NCBI GenBank assembly: GCA_040954595.2
Contig: CM082597.2
Coordinates: 8,461,678 to 8,525,677 of the forward strand
Direction: 5' to 3'
Length of the DNA stretch: 64,000 nt
Source: Balanoglossus misakiensis
Taxonomy: Eukaryota; Animalia; Hemichordata
Positions 13,396-25,400 of this stretch are shown one piece after another (the first letter of the stretch is position 1; every line of letters starts with the position of its first letter). Made by a program: the position numbers and the translations under genes. The notes beneath the pieces are model-generated. The model was not told where the DNA came from. It was given only the letters and a program-made list of their open reading frames with translations, and did no database searches.

Positions 13396-13919
13396 CAGGC
13401 CTAGGTAAGAAATACCAGCAAAGCGGCGAATCTACACAGTCCAGATGAAAAGAAAGGCTGTCAAGCAGCGAAATCGAGATAATTTAGCTCGCAAGGGGTT
13501 TGTCAAGCAGCAACACCTAGATACTCTAGCTGCAATTCCCGGGGTTTTTCCCGAAAGTCCGTGGGATTTCTTTTCTATCTTCTTCAAAAGTATTGAGAGT
13601 TTAACAAAATCGTTTGGCACAACTATTTTTAAATGCACTAGTCCCAGAACGCGCAACTTCTTATTCCGAAATGTTGCTTTTAAACACATAATATCAGGAA
13701 AAACTGACAGTTAGCGAGTGTTTGTACTCCTGATCGCCATTTTGAAATCCAACGGAATTTCGGGAAAAACCCCGGGAATTGCAGCTAGACTATCTAGGTG
13801 TTGCTGCTTGACAAACCCCTTGCGCAGCTAAATTATCTCGATTTCGCTGCTTGACAGCCTTTCTTTCCATCTAGACGGTGTAGATTCGCCGCTTTGCTGA
13901 CATTTCTTACCTAGGCCTG
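13396..13919. mobile_element. Foldback TIR element (arms about 170 bp) in intron 1 of copy B, TSD GTTTT
   Basis: Long near-perfect inverted arms, at the same insertion site as 3461-3863. Confidence 0.85.
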
Positions 13920-14005
13920 GTTTTGAGGAATTAAAATGTCTTACCTGCTTGCTGCAGTTGTGTCACCGACAGAATGACGAATGTAGCGATGAGCGTTAAC
14001 TTTAA

Positions 14006-17000
14006 AGGTCCCATGTCATGCTTTGGAAAGTTTTCATTTTTCCACATCAAAAGCTCACCTAAGGTACTTGTCTATGCATTGCCTATTGTGTCGGTTCCGA
14101 AAAATGTGCGCGAATGCCGGAATTTGCCCCCTTTTTTCATGCCTGTGATCAGGGAGCCACTTCGCACTCGAGCCAAGCGAAGGTATTTGCATATGGACAA
14201 ACAAGTACACTACGTCGTAGTAGTCCTGTTTCATAAGTCAGGTCCATGACATATGTACCGACATCTGTGATTGGTCCATCTGGTAATCTTAGGTCCACTT
14301 GAGGCACGGTGATTGGAGGGACCTTATGTGTTAGGTCTTATTATTATGTATTATTCACTAGACCTTGTAGGTTAGGTCTTATTACTATGTATTATTCACT
14401 TTACAGCTCCCTGATTGGTTAATGTGTAGGTCTGGTCCTCCAGTGTTCACTGCCTCATTATGCAGGACCTTGTAGGTTAGGTCTTATTAACATGCATTTA
14501 TTCAATTTTCAGCTCCCTGATTGGTTAATGTGTAGGTCTCCAATTTTCACTGCCTCGTTATGCAAAGTCTTTTGTACTTTCTGAATACAGTTGTCGTATT
14601 CTGTCTGGCATGCTGCCTGCGCGTTGTCGAAGCTCGATCCCACTGTATAAAGAAAGGCACTCATATAATGATTGGATTTAACCTTTCCTTCACTATTCAT
14701 GGCATTTTTTTGTGATACTGTGAACTAGATACTCGAAATAAAAATTGCCAGGAGAATTTTTTTATTTTATTTCCAGTGGCGGTTTGTTGAAATGGGCTAG
14801 TGTTTTGTTACGTAATGCTTTTCAGCGCATCACTTCGTGTAACACCTGGCTGAATACGAAGTGTGTGCTATTCATTCGAGCAAACCAAAAATATCTTACA
14901 ATAGAAATGTTTAGAATAGCATTGCATTTCTTTAATTGGGATACCTCATTAGTTGCTTTACAGGTATGATTACTTTTATTGTACTTCTTTCACGAAGCTG
15001 CACCGTCATAGTTCCATTTTTATGAAAACAATATACGAATGTATAAACGGACAACGTACTCCTTTTCACAACATCTACGTCAAAACAAATTTACTTTAAA
15101 ATAGTAAAACAACAATAATAATATTGATGATGAGAAGTAGGAGGGTGATTTAAGAAAATATACAACTGTTAGCAAAAATGCTTAGATGTGTTAATCAGAT
15201 TTTCAAAGTCCATCTAAAAATCATTTAATCTTTCCAGGGTGCGGTTTATGTTGGAGATAGTATCAGTCAGGCTATTTCTCAGAAAATTAATGAATGATCT
15301 GCGGACATCCCGAATAATGTGTTACCACAACGCTAGCCAGGAAGCACATGGGACATTTCACAATGAGGCAGTGAACACTGGGAGACCAGACTGACATGTT
15401 AACCAATCAGGGAGCTGTATGGTGAATAAATACATATTAATATGACCTAACCTACAAGGTCCTGTATTATGAGGCAGTGAACACATGGGGGACCAGACTG
15501 ACACGTTAACCAATCAGGGAGCTGTAAAGCGAAAAATGCATAGTAATAAGACCTAACCTACAAGGTCTAGTGAATAATACATAATAATAAGACCTAACCT
15601 ACAAGGTCCCTCCAATCAGCGTGCCGCAAGTGGACCTAAGAGAAGCGGATAAACCAATCAAAACATGCAATACATGTGTATAGGACGTGTAATGTAGGTC
15701 ATAGTAGTCCTGTTTCATAAGTCAGGTCCATGACATATGTACCGACATCTGTGATTGGTCTATCTGGTAATCTTAGGTCCACTTGCGGCACGCTGATTGG
15801 AGGGACCTTATGTGTTAGGTCTTATCATTATGTATTATTCACTAGACCTTGTAGGTTAGGTCTTATTACTATGTATTATTCACTTTACAGCTCCCTGATT
15901 GGTTAATGTGTAGGTCTCCAGTTTTCACTGCCTCGTTATGCAAAGTCTTTTGTACTTTTTGAATACTGTTGTCGTATTCTGTCTGGCATGCTACCTGCGC
16001 ATGGTCGAAGCTCGCGATCGATCCCAGTGTATAAAGAAAGGCACTCGTATAATGATTGGATTTCACCTTTACCTTTACTATTCATGGCATTTTATGTGAT
16101 ACTGTGAACTAGATACTCGAAATAAATATTGCCAGGAGAAATTTCGTATTTTATTTCCAGTGGCGGTTTGTTGAAATGGGCTAGTGTTTTGTTACGTAAT
16201 GCCTTTCAGCGCATCACTTCGTGTAACACCTGGCTGAATACGAAGTGTGTGCTATTCATTCGAGCAAACCAAAAATATCTTACAATAGAAATGTTTAGAA
16301 TAGCATTGCATTTCTTTGGGATACCTCATTAGTTGCTTTACAGGTATGATTACTTTTATTGTACTTCTTTCACGAAGCTGCACCGTCATAGTTCCATTTT
16401 TATGAAAACAATATAGAAATGTATAAACGGACAACGTGCTCCTTATCACAACATCTTCGTCAAAACAAATTTACTTTAAAATAGTAATAACAACAATAAT
16501 AAAATTGATGATGAGAAGTAGGAGGGTGATTAAAAAAATATACAACTTAGCTAAAATGCTTTAGATGAGTTAATCAGATTTTCAAAGTCCACCTAAAAGA
16601 TCATTTAATCTTTCCAGGGTGCGGTTTATGTTGGAGATAGTATCAGTCAGGCTATTTCTCAGAAAATCAATGAACGATCTGCGGACACCCCGAATAATGT
16701 GTTACCACAACGCTAGCCAGGAAGCACATGGGACATTTCACAATGAGGCAGTGAACACTGGGGGGACCAGACTGACACGTTAACCAATCAGGGAGCTGTA
16801 TGGTGAATAAATACATATTAATAAGACCTAACCTACAAGGTCCTGCATAATGAGGCAGTGAACACTGGAGGACCAGACCTACACATTAACCAATCAGGGA
16901 GCTGTAAAGTGAATAATGCATAGTAATAAGACCTAACCTACAAGGTCTGGTGAATAATACATAGTAATAAGACCTAACACATAAGGTCCCTCCAATCAGC

Positions 17001-18918
17001 GAGCAGCAAGTGGACCTTAGAGAAGGGGATAAACCAATCAGAACATGTAATACGTGTGCATAGGACCTGTAATGTAGGTCATTTTGAAACAGGACTTTTG
17101 AAACAGGACTAGTAGTCCTGTTTCATAAGTCAGGTCCATGACATATGTACCGACATCTGTGATTGGTCCATCTGGTAATCTTAGGTCCACTTGCGGCACG
17201 CTGATTGGAGGGACCTTATGTGTTAGGTCTTATTATTATGTATTATTCACTAGACCTTGTAGGTTAGGTCTTATTACTATGTATTATTCGCTTTACAGCT
17301 CCCTGATTGGTTAATGTGTAGGTCTGGTCCTCCAGTGTTCACTGCCTCATTATGCAGGACCTTGTAAGTTAGGTCTTATTAATATGTATTTATTCAATTT
17401 TCAGCTCCCTGATTGGTTAATGTGTAGGTCTCCAGATTTCACTGCCTCGTTATGCAAAGTCTTTTGTACTTTCTGAATACAGTTGTTGTATTCTGTCTGG
17501 CATGCTGCCTGCGCGTGGTCGAAGCTCGATCCCAATGTATAAAGAAAGGCACTCATATACTGATTGGATTTCACCTTTTCCTTCACTATTCATGGCATTT
17601 TATGTGATACTGTGAACTAGATACTCGAAATAAAAATTGCCAGGAGAAATTTAGTATTTTATTTCCAGGGGCGGTTTGTTGAAATGGGCTAGTGTTTTGT
17701 TACGTAATGTCTTTCAGCGCATCACTTTGTGGAACACCTGGCTGAATACGAAGTGTGTGCTATTCATTCGAGCAAACCAAAAATATCTTACAATAGAATT
17801 CTTCAGAATAGCATTGCATTTCTTTGGGATACCTCATTAGTTGCTTTGCAGGTATGATAACTTTTATTGTACTTCTTTCACGAAGCTGCACCGTCATAGT
17901 TCCATTTTTATGAAAACAATATAGGAATGTATAAACGGACAACGTGGTCCTTATCACAACATCTTCGTCAAAACAAATTTACTTTAAAATAGTAATAACA
18001 ACAATAATAAAATTGATGATGAGAAGTAGGAGGGTGATTAAAAAAATATACAACTGTTAGCAAAAATGCTTAGATGAGTAAATCAGATTTTCAAAGTCCA
18101 TCTAAATGATCATTTAATCTTTCCAGGGTGCGGTTTATGTTGGAGATAGTATCAGTCAGGCTATTTCTCAGAAAATCAATGAACGATCTGCGGACAAACC
18201 GAATAATGTGTTACCACAACGCTAGCCAGGAAGCACATGGGACATTTCACAATGAGGCAGTGAACACTGGGGGGGACCAGACTGACACGTTAACCAATCA
18301 GGGAGCTGTATGGTGAATAAATACATATTAATAAGACCTAACCTACAAGGTCCTGCATAATGAGGCAGTGAACACTGGAGGACCAGACCTACACAATAAC
18401 CAATCAGGGAGCTGCAAAGTGAATAATACATAGTAATAAGACCTAACACATAAGGTCCCTCCAATCAGCGTGCCACAAGTGGACCTTAGAGAAGCGGATA
18501 AACCAATCAGAACATGCAATACATGTGCATAGGACGTGTAATGTAGGTCATTTTGAAACAGGACTAGTGTACCATTCTGCTTACAGTATGGTGTAATTAG
18601 CGGTCCATGCGTACTTAAGTCCACAGACAAAGACAAGCTATATAAACAGTGTTCAAAGCAAAGGAATCCCTTGTTTCACATTACGGGCAGAGGATTTGCG
18701 AAGGTGTGAAAGACTATTTGTCCACATCAAGATAAGCCTTCGACTGAACTTCGAAAAGCCGAAAAAACTCGACTGAGTTGGGTTAGGGGTACACGCCCAC
18801 CCGCCACTTTTACTTGCTTGTTATCTAAGCACAAGGGGCAAAACGCATTGCAAGATAGTAACTTCAAGACCCAAATAGTGATTTTACGCGTGGTTGTATA
18901 GGGCATGGCATGCGACCT
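14006..18918. mobile_element. Kolobok-like non-autonomous element inserted in coding exon 1 of copy B
   Basis: TSD TTAA at 14002-14005 and 18919-18922. Termini aggtcccatgtcatgc / gcatggcatgcgacct match at 14 of 16 positions as an inverted repeat. Copy A reads uninterrupted (actttaagggtatt). Confidence 0.85.
14221..18566. repeat. Head-to-tail array of three foldback units of 1.4-1.5 kb (starts 14221, 15705, 17113) with TAGTCCTGTTTCA/TGAAACAGGACTA ends
   Basis: Three highly similar units. Each has inverted arms built from sub-repeats (cagctccctgattggttaa / ttaaccaatcagggagctg) around a unique AT-rich core. Confidence 0.85.
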
Positions 18919-21367
18919 TTAAGGGTATTTCACGACAATCTCGCAACATTTTACAGCTTCTCAGGCAAGTCATGGTTGCGAGTTGTGCGGCCAATCTGCG
19001 ATCAACCTATATAATAAAAGCTTGATAAGTTATGCGTGTTTTGCAAAGAATTGTAACTACTGGTTGTGTGAGCAAGGCACCATGGAGACGCTATGCCTTC
19101 GGGTTGTTTGGAACTAGAACGTTGCTGCGTCAATTGCCCCGCCCCTATACCTTTCTCAAGATTACAAGGAGAGAGTATTTGAGCATGTACACACAGGATG
19201 ATCGTTAACGTCAAAGGGATTTCACGACAACATTGTAACAGTTTACGTCTTCTCAGGAAATCCATGGTTGACAAATTTTGCATCTGACCCCAATCAACGA
19301 AAATTCGGCAAATTGTCCCGCACTTATACATTTCCTTTGAGTGTACAAGTGATATATATATTTAATAACTTGTCTTTAGTGCATTGTCCACGTCAACAAT
19401 AATGCTACAATACAGATTCCCAGAGGTTAACCCATCGGTTAGGTTTCTGAGGTAGAATCTGAAAGAGTGGCTTTAATTAATTTATGCCGACATTTCTTAT
19501 TCAAAATTCGCAATTCTAGAAATGCGATTGTAAGATTTTATCGCCTGTCATGTCATCTACATTTCACATTTGCATTATTCAGATGATGACTAACTTCCGC
19601 TGCGGGAGATGTCGGTGAAGATAGATATGTCTAGGAATTCAAAACGGCACATAAAGTGGGAAAGTATCTGCAAAATCTACCCAAATACGGCATAGTTTAT
19701 TCCTCAAATATCCATTTTCCAAAAAAATCGATTGTTTGCCATTATGTATAGGTATAGTATGCAAACTTTTCAAAAGTTTTGTAAAGAACCCCATCGAGAA
19801 AAAGCTATTTTCTACAACATCGACAACAACAACAACTCCTCCCTCTTTCCTTCCCTCCCTCCATCCCTCCCAATAGGGAGTCCCTCTCTCCCTCCCATCC
19901 ATCAGAGTATAATCAAATGAAGCGTAATTTGATTCTATGGGAAAATGCGCAATACATACATACGCTTTAATATCAACCAGAATAATCCAGATTAAACCAC
20001 GATCGTGACGTCACACTATTCAACAGACAAGTCATTCACTGAGAGAACCTCCGTCTCACCCAAAACCACAGGTTGAAAACCAAGTCCCGGGTAGTTCTAG
20101 AACTACCTCTGGGGGTTCTAGAACTACCGCAGGACTCAGTCTCACCTGTCGTAACAAAAATACAAATACACAATGCTTTATTTGCATAATTACATTTACT
20201 TCTATACCTGCATTCAAAGTACATTTCATTTGAATAGAGTAATTGTTATGTTAATTGAAAGCGAACTGGATATGCGACAGCAGTCTCCGGATCATTTCAT
20301 ATTCAATGCTTCAATTTCACAGTTTTGTCTACTGACGTACAAAGCTAATGTGTTGGTGGCTCTCGAGAGTCTTCATAACACGATAAAGTATAAAATAGAC
20401 AAAAATCAATTCACCAGAAACAAACTAACGTTGCAATAAATATTCACTACAAATTTCTAGAAAATTATACTAAATCACATTATCCCCAGATTTGCTTGTA
20501 TTACTCTAACCCGATGCTTCACTTCGATTTTGCTTCACTACCGACATGTAACAAGGTTGGCTGTTTTAGGCCTACTGTTTAACAAAACCCGCGTACCTTG
20601 CAAAATTCTGCTTACTTTTTGTTGCTGTTCACCAGATGTGCGTTTGTAATGTCGGACGGCTTCACTTCGGTATCAAGTCTTTTCGCAGATGAGTTACTCA
20701 CCAATATCGCTACCATACAGACGCGTTGCCGCTGTGGCTCGTAGAGAGTGGTTCGTTCAAAAGCCAGGGAGGCCAATACACAGACGGGCAGTAGTACCAT
20801 GTAGAGCATTGTGACCCGGTTTTTGCTTTACCAACATGTAGCCGCTTGTTTTCGCAGATGATATAGATCGGAACTACATGTATCTTCAGATCGATTTCAT
20901 GGACATGTGAAGGAAAATAAACTAAAAACGTGACACTTAGGCCAGTCTACTGCATTTGGCCTAGACAATTTTCGCGTAAGCTTACCATGTGCACGCAAAA
21001 CCCCAACATCTGTAACCCTTCCCATATTACACTACGTAACACACCTGTAGAGTTTAATTTGATACAAATTGAAGTTTAAAATTAGCATTTCACTCCAACA
21101 CGTAAACATGACCATTTAGAGTAACACCTGTCAAGCGTGGGCGATCTTGTAAGGCCCAGCAGGGCGGTCTAGAACTACCTGCCCACAACATGATTCATTT
21201 ATAGGAAGAGGGGTGGCCAACCAAATTTCACAGTCAGCAATGAAGAATTAGCCTCTTTTGATAACATTTTGTTCCTTATATTTTACTGAATCGTTGTGTA
21301 ATACGACGTCTTAAAGATTCACAAAGATCCAATGGTGACAATGTCTGTGGGCGATCGTGGTTTAAGT

Positions 21368-21471
21368 TAGAGAACCACCTCCCCTCCGTGGTTCTTGGTT
21401 TCAAATCGCCGAGGGCCTCAGGCCCTCGGCGATTCGAAACCAAGAACCACGGAGCGGGAGGTGGTTCTCTA
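21368..21471. repeat. Near-perfect GC-rich hairpin of about 104 bp, probably the terminus of a palindromic repeat element
   Basis: agagaaccacctcccctccgtggttcttggtttc..gagggcctcaggccctc..gaaaccaagaaccacggagcgggaggtggttctct. Confidence 0.85.
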
Positions 21472-21684
21472 TTACGTAATCCAAGGCCAACACATACAAT
21501 TGGTTTTAAAATTACAGAATATAACTCCACCATGATGACAAGTGAAATTATGGGTTATTACAATGGCAAGTGACAGCTTATTTTGTCAATGGTGCATTAT
21601 TAGTTCAGAACTTGTCAGGATTGTACATAAAACCAAAGATCCTCATTGTCTTAAATTGAAAAAAATTACAACGGTTGCATTGAT

Positions 21685-21886
21685 CTTTAAGAAATTTATA
21701 ATCGTGGTGTGAGGAGCCCCTTTCCCTTTATGCATACAGTGTACATATGATCATGACGGTGAATGTTTTCATGGGGGGGGGGGTCATCATATTTTTGGGC
21801 CTGGGTGAATGGGGGGTCGGCCTGATTTTGAAAACCGATGACACAACCTTGCCGCCCCCAGCAGAAAAAAACCTGAACAGTTCCTT
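21685..21886 (+). mobile_element. Degenerate right-end fragment of the Harbinger-type MITE
   Basis: Matches 10218-10461 (tttaagaaatttataat..gaggagcc..ggtcggcctgattttgaaaaccgatgacac). Confidence 0.75.
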
Positions 21887-22469
21887 AACTCTCATTTGAT
21901 TCGTGGAAAAAAGGCACCGCATATACACAATGCACAATAAGTGTACGTTTTAATTTCAACCAGAATAAACCAGAGCATTACAAGTCAAACACAAAAACTC
22001 TTTCAATTACACAAAACTAGAACTCCACCAATTAATGACCAGTAAAATTACGGGTTATTACAATGGCAAGTGATATTTCTGGTTATTATAAAACAGAAAT
22101 ATTGATCCATGTATACATGTATATATCCAATCATGGCAGATTACAAAGAAATGTAAAAATATCATCGTACTATATGAACAAAGTCAATCATAGTCGCACG
22201 CAATACAAATTTATTTTAACGACACATCTAACTCTCATCAAAACGCTGCTCTTTCAGACTAGTTTGTTGGCACCTCTAGCTAAACGTACATCTATGCCTT
22301 TCACATTTAATGCATTGTCAACAAAACTCGATTTCCAAAAAAGCTAAATGAACACTTCTTGCTTCATAAAGTCTAAAGACAGATAACATTTTGAATGGTA
22401 AACATTTGTTTAGAACTCGTCCCAAAAGCTTATTTTATAACTTCTGTAGACCAAACGGAGGCCCCTGTG

Positions 22470-25400
22470 CTAAACGTGAAATCGTCCATCAGATTCAACA
22501 ACTCCCACCATTGCACTGAAAACAGTCAGGTGATTACACAGACACAGGGTAGAATTGAAGTCGGACTTTGGTGACACCTGCAAGATATCAAGCAGAAAAA
22601 AACGTGATGACAAAGCATTGGGCGTTTCTTTGCAATTGAAACAAGATCAAACACCTGGTTCACATCCCAGCGTTAATTTAAACAAGGAAAAGCGCCCTCA
22701 CGTGAATCAGTACATTTTTTACGTTTACGGTATTTTCCATGTGTCAGTATTAATTGTAAGATGCAGTACCTTGTTCTGCATTTTAAGTTTTTGTTGCATA
22801 TTTATCCACAGTACCCACTGAAATCACACTGATTGCCACTTGTCTTAGATTTCATCAATCGCAAGTACATGGAGCATTTCAACTTTTGCAAAATTTAGAA
22901 GAAATTAATTTGTATACCTTACAACCATCATTCTGCCAGTTATTCCCATCAAAGTAGCTACATCTGTGTTGAGTAGTGAGAACAGTGATGTCAACCCCAT
23001 GGGCTGTAGGGAAAAAATATACACAGAACTTCGGTTACATCAACATATTCCATATAAATCCAACTGGAGTGTCTGTAAGGTAGTGTGCACCCAGAAAATG
23101 AAATTCATAAACTTTTGTATTATACTGCTAAAGGCAAAAGAAATACAGAACGCATACCACGTGTTTTGTGTACACCTTTGTATGGAGGCCGATTAAACGG
23201 GTTGAGCGCCCGTTTAATATATCACTTGATCAAATCGCACCATACAGTCACAATTGGGCATCGACAAGAAGTAAATGTATTACAATCAGTAAGCATATTT
23301 AGATAAACATCAGTAAGCATATTTAGATTGACCAATCTAAGCTCGATAGTAAAAGTAGAAAATTGGGAGCTCTATATTAAAACCGCAAGATCGTAGCATA
23401 ACTTTCTACATATGCATGTTCGTTTTTGAAATTAAAAAGAAGCATAAACAGCAAAAAGAAAAGAAAAGAAAACACAACTACGTGTTTTAATCAACGATCA
23501 TTGCGCAATAGTTGTTTTAATCATGAAAATATTCCACAATCTTACCTCTGGTAAGGTCAAAGGTTATGTAATACAAGCCTGTCCTGGTGATGTTTGCTTC
23601 TGATAGAAATGTGGATGCTGTACACCCTGCAAATACCAAGTCAGTTACATAATGGAAATCACTGTAGCCACCGACAGCGTCAAGTCTCTCCAGTGACACG
23701 TGTAATGTAGTAGTCTCAAAGATAGGTCCTTGTGCTTCCATGGTGATTTGCATTGCAGAGTATCTCGATAGTACCTACAACGATGAGAAACCAATGCAAA
23801 ATGAACTCTACAACAGGTACAAATGATTCTTTTGAGGTAAACCTTGCCTGTGTTTTGAGATGTGCAAGTTCAATTCACATGTTGTGTCATTGGGCATCAG
23901 ACCTCGGAACATGATGACAGAGAGGATGGTGATTGCATGGTACATATGTAAAATATTGCATGCTGAGAAATAAATCCCCATGGTTATGATTTGTGTGCAT
24001 TTACATAGGGCTTTACCCCCTCCCCCGGCTGACCATCACACCAAGATGGTTGGTTTGATGGTACTTTAGAGTTGCTAACATGCAAAAGTTGGTTAGGTTC
24101 ATATAATGTGTGAGGTTTACCGTTACTGTCAATGCATAGTGAGTGACTCCTTCACTTTCCACGTATACTCCCCTGACGATGCTTTCATTTCTAGGTGTCT
24201 GATAATTACCAAGCCATACGCCGAGATCCTCTGATGCATTTTTCACTGAAAAGGAAAATGTTCTGTGATAATTTAAACTGATGTTAAAACTCCACTCACA
24301 ATTTGGCCATTACTCGAGTTCCGCCCCACGATGAAAATATGAGCGAGTATTGTAATACATATCACTGGGTTTCTGTGTAAAGTTGATTAAAAGAAGATAT
24401 GTGCCATTTCAATTTGAGTTTTCACTGGTAATACATTTTATCCACAATATAATTTTTTTCATTATGACACTAGTGATACAGGGAATCCCCAATGCCCTAG
24501 CATATAATATGACCCCTACTGACAAGGAGTTCCAGAAATCACGCTGTTTCCAAAGATTTAAGTATTTTTGCGAGTTCCATGAGAATGTTAGGATGCCATT
24601 GATGGCCTTAATGAAAACCAACCTTTAATCTCATTACCATCTTCATCTCTGAATTCCAGGGTCAGTATATCGGTAGTGAAGCCATGTGTCCTATTTGCCA
24701 ATCTGTGAGGATTCCCACCGAATCGGAAAATCTATAAAAAAAAACATCTTAATTATTCCCCGAGCACTTGAACGCATTATAACAACAGAATTGTACTTTA
24801 AACCAAAGATCATAATTAAATATGTTTATGGACTTATTTTGTAAAAAAAAATGACAATGTTTGCACTAACTCAGCATAATACTGTCTAGTTCATTCCCAT
24901 AATGACTTGACTGGCGGAAGAATCCTAATGACCAAAAGTTAGACAAATATCAATATACTAGAACAAAGCAATGTATGATAGAAAACGAAAGTGAGATTGT
25001 CTTCTTAATTATAAACGTTGTATACAAACCATTCTGTTCAAGACTGTGCCCCGCGACAATTGTGGAAACATACTGTCTGCTGGTGGAATATTGAATCCAC
25101 TTCCATCTCCAATCATTACATTGGTGTCGCACAAGTCCTGCGCAAAGTTCTTTTCCAGATGAAGCACAAGAGAAGAAGTGTTCACGATGATTGGTCCATG
25201 TCCATAATTAGCCTCGTTCAGTATAAACATTGATAACTGGTGGAATACTTTCGTTGTTATCTTTGTCAGGTGATTTGCCTGCCCAGGATTCAGCTTCTCG
25301 CTCGGATTGGCGTCAATTAGGGACTGCATTCTGTCTATCACCTTTTGCATGACATTCAGTGTTTCTGAAATTATGTAATCATTGGCATTTAAAATGTATC

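Larger units (their letters stand above)
8116..18973 (-). pseudogene. Copy B of the CTLD-GAIN family (leader plus two CTLDs); exon 1 is split by a 4.9-kb insertion. Exons: 18923-18973/13945-14005, 13039-13318, 12213-12292, 8682-8946, 8116-8192
   Basis: Exon-by-exon and intron homology with copy A. The coding exon 1 is interrupted at a TTAA. The last conserved CTLD2 cysteine is Ser (RVISED versus RVICED). Confidence 0.8.

Noticed and set aside
14221-18566. CRISPR-like appearance of short recurring motifs
   Set aside because: The sequence between motifs is itself repeated and arranged as inverted arms. The context is eukaryotic and there are no cas genes.
20612-20809. 65-aa ORF with a hydrophobic start as a candidate TM exon for copy C
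   Set aside because: The hydrophobic stretch is short, there is no convincing acceptor in phase, and it does not resemble polycystin TM1/PLAT. The region looks repeat-derived.
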